A stretch of DNA of 32,000 nt from Nitrosopumilaceae archaeon. GTDB lineage: Archaea; Thermoproteota; Nitrososphaeria; Nitrososphaerales; Nitrosopumilaceae. A program made the position numbers and the translations under genes. A model generated the notes under the pieces. That model had not been told where the DNA came from, ran no database searches, and saw nothing but the letters and a program-made list of their open reading frames with translations. The stretch spans positions 33,637 through 65,636 of the forward strand of contig DASYXK010000020.1 in assembly GCA_035935115.1 (NCBI GenBank). The letters run 5' to 3'. Numbering within the stretch: the first letter of the stretch is position 1; each line of letters opens with the position of its first letter. Positions 7,331 through 16,000 of the stretch are shown here, in pieces.

Positions 7331-9202
7331 GTGTTTATGATCGATACATTAATCCTAGTGGAAGGTAATCATGATATTGAAGTACTTAAGGATTCGATCA
7401 TAAACTTAAAAGATGCAAAAATAATAACTTTTGATTTCCTTGCTCATAAATCACTAAAATCATTAGGAATATCACATGTTATTATTGAAGATTATTTCAA
7501 TTCGGACGACGAAGAAAAGATTGACAATGAGGCAATAGAATTATCAACTGGATGGTATAAACATAGGGATTTTAGCATATTGGAATATGATGGATTAAAC
7601 TTAGGTTCACTTCTTGAAACTGAATGTTTGGTGTATTTTTTTCTACATCTAAAAAGAATCTTAGGAGTAAAAAGAGTTCTAGAAAAAGAAAGACCTAGAA
7701 AGATAATAGGAGCATATCTTTCCAATTTTATTGATTCAGTATGTAAAGATAAAGTAGAAACTACCCTTTTTCAATCAAAATTTTCATCCTCATTATATTA
7801 TGATTCATTTGAGATACCAGTTAACATAGGTCATCAAACTAAATCAATCAAGATTTCAAGAGAGTCTTTTATGAAAATAAAAAAAATTGTCGAATTTATT
7901 ACTAATTTATTTTTCCACTTTAAACCAGATTCACAAGAGATAGCAAATAAAAATCCAATTTTATTGTTAGATTTTAATCCCGTTCATTATGAAGATATGT
8001 TAAAAGCATTATCGCGTAACAATAAAATTCTGTTATTAAACCAAAGAAGACCAGCTATTTTTAATTTAGAAAGCTTTAGAATAGTCAAAAATTCCAAATG
8101 TAAAATAATACAATTAGATGATCATATGGATCCTAATACATCACTTGAGATAGCAAGTAAAGTAGATGATTTAAAGAAAAAATTAAACATGATTTGGTCA
8201 AACACGAAAACCTTAGAAAAAACATTCTCAATAGAAGAAATTTCATTTTGGAATGCTATCAAAGAGGAATTTATTTTCATTATATCTAAAAGGTTTCAGG
8301 AAAGCATTAGAAGGTTAATTCTATTACAGAAATTATTTGATAGTATTAAATTTAAGAGTATTATAGAATGGTCTCACTTGGGAATAGAAGACAAGCCAGT
8401 GCTTTATGTTGCAAATAAAAAGAAAATCCCTATTATTTTCTTACAACACGCTCTTGAATTACTTAATGAAAAATTTGAAAAATATATTCCATTTTTGACT
8501 ATATTACCTTCTTGCGGAGCTAAAGAAGCAGTTTGGGGAAGCATAATGAAAGAGTATATTCTAGATCATAAAATTAAACCAGAAGAGGTTATAGAAATAG
8601 GAAGCCCAAGACATGATATATTTTTCAAAAGAAAATCTCGAACTATTTACAATAATACGATCTTAATAACAATAAGTCCATTTGTGTACATTAAATTTGC
8701 TGCTGCCGATACAAAATCATATGAATACTTAGAAGAATGTATTAAAAAGATTATTTATGGAATAAAAAAAATCTCAAACAAAAAAATCATTATAAAACTT
8801 CATCCTGCCAAGTCTTATTATGATATAAAACCATTAATACGACAAATCGATCCTTCAATTCCAATATATCAACATCGAAATATAATAGATTTGATAGAAT
8901 CATGTGATGTCATGATTACATTAAATTATACAACTGCGTTGTTAGAAGCAATGATTTTAAACAAACCTACTATGTTAATTGAAACTGAAAAACAAAGTAT
9001 AGGTGAAGAAAACATGTTTAAGAGAGGTACGTCGATTTATGTTCCTAATATTAATGAAATAGAATCAAAATTAAATGATTTGATTCTTAATGATAAAATT
9101 CGTAAAGAATTAATTCAAAAAGGTCAAGAATTTGTCAATGATTACTTTGTAAATCATGGTACTGCTTCAGAACATTTAGCTAAAATATTAGAAAATTATT
9201 AA
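7331..9202 (+). CDS. Large paralog of the TagF-like HP-motif GT-B protein; substrate unknown
   Basis: 623-aa ORF (GTG at 7331; ATG at 7337 giving MIDTLILVEG... is the more likely start). C-terminal IIIKLHPAKSYYDIKPLIRQIDPSIPIYQHRNIIDLIESCDVMITLNYTTA aligns with VVKIHPSYSVLSEYQSLINSIDPSIPVYKNGNIQEFVENADVVLSFQFTTA of the divergent neighbour. HP codons at 8801-8806. Confidence 0.45.
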   Translation: MFMIDTLILVEGNHDIEVLKDSIINLKDAKIITFDFLAHKSLKSLGISHVIIEDYFNSDDEEKIDNEAIELSTGWYKHRDFSILEYDGLNLGSLLETECLVYFFLHLKRILGVKRVLEKERPRKIIGAYLSNFIDSVCKDKVETTLFQSKFSSSLYYDSFEIPVNIGHQTKSIKISRESFMKIKKIVEFITNLFFHFKPDSQEIANKNPILLLDFNPVHYEDMLKALSRNNKILLLNQRRPAIFNLESFRIVKNSKCKIIQLDDHMDPNTSLEIASKVDDLKKKLNMIWSNTKTLEKTFSIEEISFWNAIKEEFIFIISKRFQESIRRLILLQKLFDSIKFKSIIEWSHLGIEDKPVLYVANKKKIPIIFLQHALELLNEKFEKYIPFLTILPSCGAKEAVWGSIMKEYILDHKIKPEEVIEIGSPRHDIFFKRKSRTIYNNTILITISPFVYIKFAAADTKSYEYLEECIKKIIYGIKKISNKKIIIKLHPAKSYYDIKPLIRQIDPSIPIYQHRNIIDLIESCDVMITLNYTTALLEAMILNKPTMLIETEKQSIGEENMFKRGTSIYVPNINEIESKLNDLILNDKIRKELIQKGQEFVNDYFVNHGTASEHLAKILENY

Positions 9203-9227
9203 TTTCATATCTATTATATATTATAAA

Positions 9228-10148
9228 TTAATTATCAATTTGTTCTTTAAGTAACCTAAATGATTCATCTAATGAAAGAAATTTGAATTTTGATTCATTA
9301 ATAATTTTACTAGAATCAAGACATTTGTTAAAACCCGTAGTGACATTTCTGCCTAATTCTTTAGTGATTACAGGTTCAATCAATTTTGAGTTTAGACCTA
9401 GAGATTCTGCAAGTTTTACACAAAAGTCATACCTACTTATTTGAATCATTGGAGCAGAATGAAATATTCCAGAATAATTCCCATTAACTAAATGTAATAT
9501 GGATCTTGCAAAATCATCTGCCAAAATAGGTGAACTGTATTCATCTGTAACAATTTTTATTCTTTCATTAGAGTGTAGTTTATTTATCAACCATTGACCA
9601 AAATTTGTTGGTTTCATTGAGCTTGACGAAATTTGAGAAAGTAATTTTGGTAACCATCCATAAAGAACACTTGCCCTTACGACAAGATTATTCGTATTTT
9701 CTAATACAAGTTTTTCGCCTATCATTTTTGTATATCCATAATAATTGATAGGTTTTGGTATATCATCCTCTTTGTATGGGTCCTTTTTTGTACCATCAAA
9801 GACGGAATCGGATGATAAATGTACTAATTTGATACCTAATGGTTTTGTTATTTCGTATAATTTCTCAACAAAATCGATATTGATTTTCTTTGCTTCTTCT
9901 TGGTGGTTTTCACAATAATCTACGCTGTTAATAGCACATGTGTTTATTATTACATCGGGTTTAATTTTTGATAAAACATCTTTTACCTTTGACATATCTA
10001 AAATATCCAGTTTGATTCCATCAATGAAATCAAATTTAGGGTTGCGTAGATTATAACTACCATATATCTCAAAACCATTTTTTGCCAGTATAGCAATCTT
10101 GGAACCTGTCAAGCCCCCAATACCAAAAATAAATAATTTTTTCTTCAA
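9228..10148 (-). CDS. rmlD: dTDP-4-dehydrorhamnose reductase
   Basis: 306-aa ORF. N-terminal GIGGLTGSKIA nucleotide-binding loop. SSDSVFDG...PYKEDD...PINYYGYTKMIGE matches the RmlD S(T)DYVFDG / YGxSK (YxxxK) pattern. Confidence 0.8.
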   Translation of the reverse strand: MKKKLFIFGIGGLTGSKIAILAKNGFEIYGSYNLRNPKFDFIDGIKLDILDMSKVKDVLSKIKPDVIINTCAINSVDYCENHQEEAKKINIDFVEKLYEITKPLGIKLVHLSSDSVFDGTKKDPYKEDDIPKPINYYGYTKMIGEKLVLENTNNLVVRASVLYGWLPKLLSQISSSSMKPTNFGQWLINKLHSNERIKIVTDEYSSPILADDFARSILHLVNGNYSGIFHSAPMIQISRYDFCVKLAESLGLNSKLIEPVITKELGRNVTTGFNKCLDSSKIINESKFKFLSLDESFRLLKEQIDN

Positions 10149-10160
10149 TTCAGAACATCC

Positions 10161-11216
10161 TTAAAAAATATCATAATCACCAAACGAGAAAAACCAATTA
10201 TCATAATTTGCTAGTTTTTTAACGTATTCATCCTGAGTAAAAGAGGAAGAAATGAAATTAAGTTGTTGTGGTTTAAATGAATTAGGAACAGAGAAGAATC
10301 GAGTTTCGTGTAATATTGTACTCTCTAAAAATCGCTTATTACAAGTAGCAATTGCAACTGATGCTCCATTGTGGATAAGATCTAACAATGCAGTATTCAC
10401 TAAATCTTTAAGACTTTTTTTGTCTCGAATCTCATCATCCACTAGGAAATCAACTATTACCCCAATAGTCTTTTCTTCAAATTTTGTAATCCTTGTTATA
10501 ATGTACCCTTTTAACTGAGAATCCTCTTTGAGAGTAAAAATTTTGTATTTTCTTGTAGGACATGAATGATAACGCCATCTAAAAAAACTCACATCTCTTT
10601 TTACCATTATTGGTATTCTTTGCGTAGCTTTATTTGAGAAAGTTTCAAATTCCTCTGAAAAATCATCAGTAAATAAATTGATTTTACTATTTTCCACACT
10701 GTTGATTTTCCACATCCAATCAAATAATTTAAAAATTCTCTGTAGTGGAGAATTGAAAAATTTTGAAAAATTCAGAGGTCTCACTAATATGGGCAACGAA
10801 GTAATTTTTACTGCTCCTTGTCTGATAAAGGCATTAAACGATTTTTTATTTGGTACAGCATAAAAATACAAAACGCCATTTTTTTCGGCATATTCTTTCA
10901 TAGATCCTAATAATTTTGAAAATATGCCTTGTCCTCTATATGTTGGATCTACTTGTACATTGCATGCCAATGATGATCTAATTGCTTTTTTTTCTATGAT
11001 CAAATTAATTGGTATCAATACATTGGTACCAATTATTTTTTCATTCTTGCTTTCATCCTTAGCTAAGAGAATTAATGCTTTACCTTGTGGATTTATACGA
11101 TATTGCCAATCAAAGTAAGATGGTTGAGTTATCTCTTGTTCACCAAAAACTTTTTGGGTCAAGGCAAGAATTCCTTCTTTTTCCGATTCTTCATCAAGCC
11201 ATTCTGAAATTTTCAT
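10161..11216 (-). CDS. GNAT-family N-acetyltransferase, two-domain (351 aa)
   Basis: GNAT motif A in the N-terminal half: NVQVDPTYRGQGIFSKLLGSMKEYAEKNG (Q/R-x-x-G-x-G/A). 12-nt gap to rmlD downstream, so probably co-transcribed. Confidence 0.7.
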   Translation of the reverse strand: MKISEWLDEESEKEGILALTQKVFGEQEITQPSYFDWQYRINPQGKALILLAKDESKNEKIIGTNVLIPINLIIEKKAIRSSLACNVQVDPTYRGQGIFSKLLGSMKEYAEKNGVLYFYAVPNKKSFNAFIRQGAVKITSLPILVRPLNFSKFFNSPLQRIFKLFDWMWKINSVENSKINLFTDDFSEEFETFSNKATQRIPIMVKRDVSFFRWRYHSCPTRKYKIFTLKEDSQLKGYIITRITKFEEKTIGVIVDFLVDDEIRDKKSLKDLVNTALLDLIHNGASVAIATCNKRFLESTILHETRFFSVPNSFKPQQLNFISSSFTQDEYVKKLANYDNWFFSFGDYDIF

Positions 11217-11306
11217 TAGTTTTTGTATGTTTTAAGGTAAGATATGAGTATTCATGATGATTCTTTTCAATTAAGAATATAAGATAAACTACCAAGATAA
11301 AACCAA
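11217..11306. promoter_or_regulatory. Divergent promoter region (GNAT-rmlD unit / deacetylase)
   Basis: 90-nt spacer between divergently oriented starts. AT-rich with several TATA-like runs (e.g. ttaagaatataagataaa). Positions not resolvable by eye. Confidence 0.3.
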
Positions 11307-12146
11307 TTGAACTTATTAGGAATAGATTTTGAAGACTGGTTTCATCCCGAATTAATCCAAAAATATTTGAATTCAGACAAAAAGGAACCTACTGTAATAC
11401 AAGGAATAGATAAGATTCTCAATTGGTTAAGACAAGCTGAGACATATGCAACATTCTTTATGGTTGGAGAGTTGCTATTAGCTAAACCAGAATTATTAGA
11501 TAAAATCCTTGACGGGGGACACGAAATTGCATTTCATACGATGCACCATACTAGATTGGATTCTCCCAATTATGAAGAAAAATTTGATAGTGAACTTAAG
11601 AAGTTCGCAGAAATAACCTTGAAAAAATCAAAGGGATTCAGGGCTCCCTCTTTTTCATTAAATAAAAACACGGGCTGGGCAATTGACAAATTGTCTGAAA
11701 ATAATTATGAATATGACAGTAGTATCGTACCTGCAAAGACAAAACTATATGGTGTTCCCAATGCTGAAACTAAACCCTATAAAATTTCTAGCAAAGGGAT
11801 TGAAAGAGAGGACCCAAAAGGAATTCTCTTAGAATTTCCGCTTTTGACTACAAAGTTGTTTGGAAAATCTATTCCTGCAGCTGGTGGATTTTACATAAGA
11901 GCACTGCCATTGTTTGTAATAGAAAATGCAATAAAACAAAATAACAACAACGGAATGCCAGCTTCTTTGTATGTCCATTCATGGGAGCTCACACCTGAAT
12001 TTATGCCTAGAATTCCTCTTTCCATTCTAGATGGATTTGTAACATATCATAATCTTGGAAAGACACTTTCCAGAATGGATAAAATAATTAAAAAATTTAA
12101 ATTTACTTCATTTAGTCGTTATATTTCTAAACAAAATAAAAATTAA
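11307..12146 (+). CDS. Polysaccharide deacetylase (CE4, DUF3473-type)
   Basis: 279-aa ORF, TTG start. N-terminal LGIDFEDWFHPE is typical of the DUF3473 subgroup. H(S/T)xxH-type metal motif present as HTMHH. The 3' end overlaps the convergent GT2 gene by 4 nt. Confidence 0.75.
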   Translation: MNLLGIDFEDWFHPELIQKYLNSDKKEPTVIQGIDKILNWLRQAETYATFFMVGELLLAKPELLDKILDGGHEIAFHTMHHTRLDSPNYEEKFDSELKKFAEITLKKSKGFRAPSFSLNKNTGWAIDKLSENNYEYDSSIVPAKTKLYGVPNAETKPYKISSKGIEREDPKGILLEFPLLTTKLFGKSIPAAGGFYIRALPLFVIENAIKQNNNNGMPASLYVHSWELTPEFMPRIPLSILDGFVTYHNLGKTLSRMDKIIKKFKFTSFSRYISKQNKN

Positions 12147-13204
12147 GAATTGATGATTTTTCTTGCAGTTTTACTTAGAAGGGTAATTATAAAACTCACC
12201 CTGTGAGAAGTTTTGGTATTAGTGGTTGAGATCGGAAGATGAAAGTTATCAGTAAAATTAGTTATTACTTGCTTATCTGAAATTTTGCGGTTCATATTAA
12301 TTCTCTTACGTCTTTGATCAATTTCTTTATTCATTTTAATAAGAGAGAAAAATGTTTTTATTTTTACCAACCCCATTTTTTTACTTAAAAAAAATAGCAA
12401 CATTCCAAATTCAACTATAATCAATAACGGAAATATTTTCAACATAGTCCCTCTTGAATATAATGTAAGTAAACAAATCCATCTATTTCGTTCTAGCAAG
12501 AAAAATTTTTTTTTACTCCATTTCAGGGTTGGACTGCCATAATGGTAAACTATTACTTTTGGCTCATAATAAGAAGACACTCCTAATAATAATCCCCTCC
12601 AACCATAGTCTACGTCATCATGATATGCAAAGAATATGGGATCAACGTCTCCAATTTTTTTTATAGTTTCACTAGAAGTAAAAGTACATGCTCCGCCTGT
12701 ATAACAAATGTTCTTGAAGTCTTCATATTGGCCCGAATCTGTTTCTCCTCTTCCTTGCAAAAATGCAAGACCAAAAATGTTGATCATATTTCCTGCACTG
12801 TTAATTATGTCAGGTCTTTCTTTTTCAAGAAATTTTGGTTGGTATAGACCTTCACCATGTTGCATATGTGATTTTACAAACTGGTTTAACCAATCTGGTT
12901 TTACTACTGTATCAGAATCTAAAAACACAACATAATTGCCTTTTGAGATAGAAATACCAATGTTTCTTGCAGTCATTCCCAAATTTTCTTTGTTCTCAAT
13001 TAGTATTATCGAAGGAAATTTTTGTTTACAGTTAAAATGACTATTATCGCTTGAGCCATTATCTATTACAATTACTTCAAATTTACATTTCTCAGTCTTA
13101 AAAATAGATTCAAGGCATTCCAGTATTACATTTCCACCGTTATAATTGAGAATTATTATACTAACAAATGTCTCATCAGGAATCTCAGAGCTGTCGTTTT
13201 TCAT
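12143..13204 (-). CDS. Family 2 glycosyltransferase (GT-A) with C-terminal membrane segment
   Basis: 353-aa ORF. VSIIILNYNGGNVILECLESI...VIVIDNGSSD and DxD motif VFLDSDTVV. Hydrophobic stretch KIFPLLIIVEFGMLLFFL near the C-terminus. Confidence 0.85.
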   Translation of the reverse strand: MKNDSSEIPDETFVSIIILNYNGGNVILECLESIFKTEKCKFEVIVIDNGSSDNSHFNCKQKFPSIILIENKENLGMTARNIGISISKGNYVVFLDSDTVVKPDWLNQFVKSHMQHGEGLYQPKFLEKERPDIINSAGNMINIFGLAFLQGRGETDSGQYEDFKNICYTGGACTFTSSETIKKIGDVDPIFFAYHDDVDYGWRGLLLGVSSYYEPKVIVYHYGSPTLKWSKKKFFLLERNRWICLLTLYSRGTMLKIFPLLIIVEFGMLLFFLSKKMGLVKIKTFFSLIKMNKEIDQRRKRINMNRKISDKQVITNFTDNFHLPISTTNTKTSHRVSFIITLLSKTARKIINS

Positions 13205-13238
13205 CTAGAAACTATCTCAAACAAGCAATATCAATCCT

Positions 13239-14315
13239 TTAAGGAGAAGAATTAAAGACTAATTTGTTATCTTCCCCTAATACCAAAAATGATTTTTCCC
13301 CGTTATTTGAGGTGATTTTCGAGTTGTATGAGATGATGCTATTTGTTAGATGTGTTTTGTAGTCAATAACGCAGCCATCCATTATTATAGAATTGTCTAT
13401 CATGCAATTGCTTATTTTAGAATTATTTCCAATACTTGTATTTGGTCCTATTTTAGCAGTTCCTTCAATAACACAATTTTCTCCTATAATTACAGGTCCA
13501 ATAATTCTAGCACCAGTTTTAATATGGCTATTAGAACCTACCATAACTTTTCCTTCCATAATGACATTGTCATATTTTTTTCCCTCAAAATATGGATGCA
13601 TGTTTTCAAGGATTGTTTTATTTGCATCAATTATGTCTTCTACTGTTCCAGTATCTTTCCAGTAATTTGTTATCACATCGTATGACATTGTCTTATATTT
13701 TTCAAGTAACAATTGTAATGCATCGGTAATTTCAAGTTCATTTCTCCATGATGGTTTGAGATTTTCAATTATTTCAAAAATTGCAGGGGTCAAAAAATAT
13801 ATCCCAATTACTGCCAGGTTTGTAGGAGGATTTTTCGGTTTTTCCATAATTTTTTTTATTTTACCATCTTGTGTAACATCAGCTATACCAAACTGAGACG
13901 GGTTTGAGACCTCGCATAAAAGGATCCTTGCAGCATCATTAGAATTATTAAAATTATTTACACTCTCCGAGATATCTTTAAGCAATACATTATCTCCAAG
14001 AAAGACAACAAATTTTTCATTTCCTATAAAATCTTTACACAATCCTACGGCATGTGCAATTCCTCGTGGTTGGTCTTGCTCTACATATGTTATCTTGACA
14101 CCAAATTTCTCTCCATTACCATAATATTCTTTAACCTTTGATGAGTTGTCTCCACCAATTATAATTGCAATATTTGTTATACCAGAATTTTTTAAAGAAT
14201 TAAGACAGTACTGTGATATAGGCACGTTTGCTATAGGTAAAAGCTGTTTTGGCCTCGTGTAGGTCAATGGCCTTAGTCTGGTTCCGTATCCCCCATGAAG
14301 TATTATGCCTTTCAT
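13239..14315 (-). CDS. rmlA: Glucose-1-phosphate thymidylyltransferase, long form with C-terminal left-handed beta-helix domain
   Basis: 358-aa ORF. MKGIILHGGYGTRLRPLTYTRPKQLLPIAN carries the GGxGTRLxPLT sugar-1-P nucleotidyltransferase signature. The C-terminal third shows hexapeptide-like repeats (IIGPVIIGENCVIEGTAKIGPNTSIGNNSKI...). Confidence 0.85.
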   Translation of the reverse strand: MKGIILHGGYGTRLRPLTYTRPKQLLPIANVPISQYCLNSLKNSGITNIAIIIGGDNSSKVKEYYGNGEKFGVKITYVEQDQPRGIAHAVGLCKDFIGNEKFVVFLGDNVLLKDISESVNNFNNSNDAARILLCEVSNPSQFGIADVTQDGKIKKIMEKPKNPPTNLAVIGIYFLTPAIFEIIENLKPSWRNELEITDALQLLLEKYKTMSYDVITNYWKDTGTVEDIIDANKTILENMHPYFEGKKYDNVIMEGKVMVGSNSHIKTGARIIGPVIIGENCVIEGTAKIGPNTSIGNNSKISNCMIDNSIIMDGCVIDYKTHLTNSIISYNSKITSNNGEKSFLVLGEDNKLVFNSSP

Positions 14316-14324
14316 TTCTGTTAT

Positions 14325-15329
14325 TTACTTCCTATATTTTTTCCAAGGAGTAGGATCTAACATTTCATCATTAGCTAATCCTTCCCACCAATCTCTATTT
14401 TGTTGATACCAATTAATTGTATTTTGTAATTCTTCCTCAAATTTCCATTGAGGTTTCCATCCCAATTCATGCCTAATCTTTGTAGAGTCCAATCCATATC
14501 GCAAATCATGGCCTGGCCTATCATCCACGAAATAAATTAGATCTTTTGGTTTTGACATCAATTCAAGTATTTTTTCTATGAGTGTGATGTTTGTTGATTC
14601 GTTTGAGCTAGATATGTTATAAGATTCACCGGTCTTTCCGTTTAAAAATACCTTCATTATTGCATCGCAATGATCTTCAACATATAACCAATCGCGTATG
14701 TTTTTTCCAGTTCCATACACAGGAATTTTCATGTTTTTATCAATTCTAATTATTGTTTTTGGAATAAGTTTCTCTGGAAATTGTCTTGGGCCAAAATTAT
14801 TGGTACATCTTGTGATTATCACATCCATATCATATGTTTTCGTGTACGATTCTGCTATCAACTCAGCCGATGCTTTTGAAGCTGCGTACGGATTAGAAGG
14901 TCTGAAAACGTCCTTTTCTTTAGCATATCCTGTGCTAAGACTTCCGAAAACTTCGTCTGTAGATATCTGCATGAATCTGATCTTCGGTTTTTTTTCTCTA
15001 ATAGTGTCAAGTAGTGTATACACACCCATAATGTTGGATTCAAGGAAAGGCTTTGAATCATGGATGCTTCTATCCACATGTGATTCTGCTGCAAAATTTA
15101 TTATTCCATCTATATCAGAAGATAGCCGTTCAACTAATTTTTTATCATTAATGTTACCATGTACCAATCTATAATTTTCTGATTTTTCAATTGATTTTAG
15201 ATTTTTTTCATTAGATCCTAACAGACCTGCATCTAGGTTAACAATTTTGAAATCAGGATAGTTTTTTTGCACGTGTAAGATAAAATTACTTCCAATGAAT
15301 CCCAATCCACCTGTTACTAGGATTTTCAT
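14325..15329 (-). CDS. rmlB: dTDP-glucose 4,6-dehydratase
   Basis: 334-aa ORF. MKILVTGGLGFIGSNF (GxxGxxG), STDEVFGS and YAASKASAE (YxxxK) match the RmlB extended-SDR pattern. 9-nt gap to rmlA. Confidence 0.9.
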   Translation of the reverse strand: MKILVTGGLGFIGSNFILHVQKNYPDFKIVNLDAGLLGSNEKNLKSIEKSENYRLVHGNINDKKLVERLSSDIDGIINFAAESHVDRSIHDSKPFLESNIMGVYTLLDTIREKKPKIRFMQISTDEVFGSLSTGYAKEKDVFRPSNPYAASKASAELIAESYTKTYDMDVIITRCTNNFGPRQFPEKLIPKTIIRIDKNMKIPVYGTGKNIRDWLYVEDHCDAIMKVFLNGKTGESYNISSSNESTNITLIEKILELMSKPKDLIYFVDDRPGHDLRYGLDSTKIRHELGWKPQWKFEEELQNTINWYQQNRDWWEGLANDEMLDPTPWKKYRK

Positions 15330-15492
15330 TTTTTCACCTGCATCATTGTTTTTGATAAGTATTGCAACATCACAACAGGCGGTATTTTTCTATTTAATAC
15401 TATCTTCTTTAAGAAGGATTCATTTTGTTGTTTTCTCATTTTGTTTTACTATACAATATTTTTATAATCACTTTCAACCAGTTACTTATTGA
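15330..15492. promoter_or_regulatory. Divergent promoter region (rmlB-rmlA unit / cupin-flippase-GT4-SDR unit)
   Basis: 163-nt spacer between divergent starts. TATA-like atatttttataatc lies about 31-45 nt upstream of ATG 15493. Confidence 0.35.
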
Positions 15493-15948
15493 ATGAAAAA
15501 TGATACTATAAGGTCTATAAAACTGGAAAAACATGAAACAAAAGACATTGTAGATAAACATGTCAATGGCTCTTTAACTGTAATATGGAGAGATTGGGAT
15601 CAAATATTAGAAGTAGAGCCAAGGATGGCATATGTTTCATCAGTAAATCCAGGAGAAGTAAAAGGACCTCACTTACATCTAAAAAGGGATAGCTATTTTG
15701 TTTGTATCCGAGGAAAGGTAGTGTTTATTGCAAAAGATCTTTCTGGTAAGTATCACGAGATAGAATCCAGTGAGCATGAACCAGTACTAGTTCAAGTACC
15801 AAAAAATCATCCATCAGCTCACATCAATATAACAGATCAAATATCAACCATTCTTACCCTTGCAAATCCAGCATGGAGACCAAATGATGATGAAATGGTA
15901 AATGTAACTTTTGAAGATTATGATTGGAGCAAATGGAAAAAAAAGTAA
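15493..15948 (+). CDS. RmlC-like cupin (dTDP-4-dehydrorhamnose 3,5-epimerase or FdtA-type dTDP-sugar isomerase)
   Basis: 151-aa ORF divergent from rmlB. Core KGPHLHLKRDSYFVCIRGKVVFIAKD resembles the RG(L/x)HxH/Q ... G-x-v cupin core of RmlC and FdtA/QdtA. Shorter than the roughly 180-aa RmlC proteins I recall. Confidence 0.55.
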   Translation: MKNDTIRSIKLEKHETKDIVDKHVNGSLTVIWRDWDQILEVEPRMAYVSSVNPGEVKGPHLHLKRDSYFVCIRGKVVFIAKDLSGKYHEIESSEHEPVLVQVPKNHPSAHINITDQISTILTLANPAWRPNDDEMVNVTFEDYDWSKWKKK

Positions 15949-16000
15949 TTGCAAATGCTTGTTTTTAAATAATGATATAATTCAGAGAAACCTATAGCTT

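Noticed and set aside
7349-7375. Toprim-like 'LILVEGNHD' motif at the N-terminus of the 623-aa protein
   Set aside because: Only the first Toprim-like element (hydrophobic run followed by EG and an acidic residue) is present. I found no downstream DxD(x)G element, and the rest of the protein and its paralog look GT-B/TagF-like. Probably coincidental.
10252-11257. Four plus-strand ORFs (10252-10518, 10678-10863, 10924-11118, 11075-11257) inside the GNAT gene
   Set aside because: All are antisense to a 351-aa ORF that carries a clear GNAT motif A. They are short, mutually overlapping and motif-free. The same reasoning applies to other track ORFs antisense to strong genes: 4900-5103, 5437-5742, 7492-7725, 12620-12935, 13350-13685, 14698-15174, 14858-15094, 16951-17133, 17855-18124, 19036-19233, 22300-22645, 25746-25997, 27046-27276, 28469-28871, 29278-29550 and 29935-30126. 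The same-strand, out-of-frame ORFs nested in the flippase genes (16105-16335, 25216-25434) are rejected on similar grounds: short, motif-free and embedded in strong ORFs.
12506-12514. Homopolymer tracts (T9 at 12506-12514 in the GT2 gene, A8 near 8764-8771, T8 near 10986) as possible phase-variation switches
   Set aside because: A/T runs of 8-9 nt are expected by chance at this composition and are scattered through many genes. Without population or read data showing length polymorphism there is no support for slipped-strand regulation.
15295-15492. 65-aa plus-strand ORF spanning the rmlB 5' end and the divergent intergenic region
   Set aside because: It overlaps the rmlB N-terminal GxxGxxG-coding segment on the opposite strand and ends exactly where the cupin gene starts. 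Its composition looks non-coding. The region is better explained as the divergent promoter spacer.
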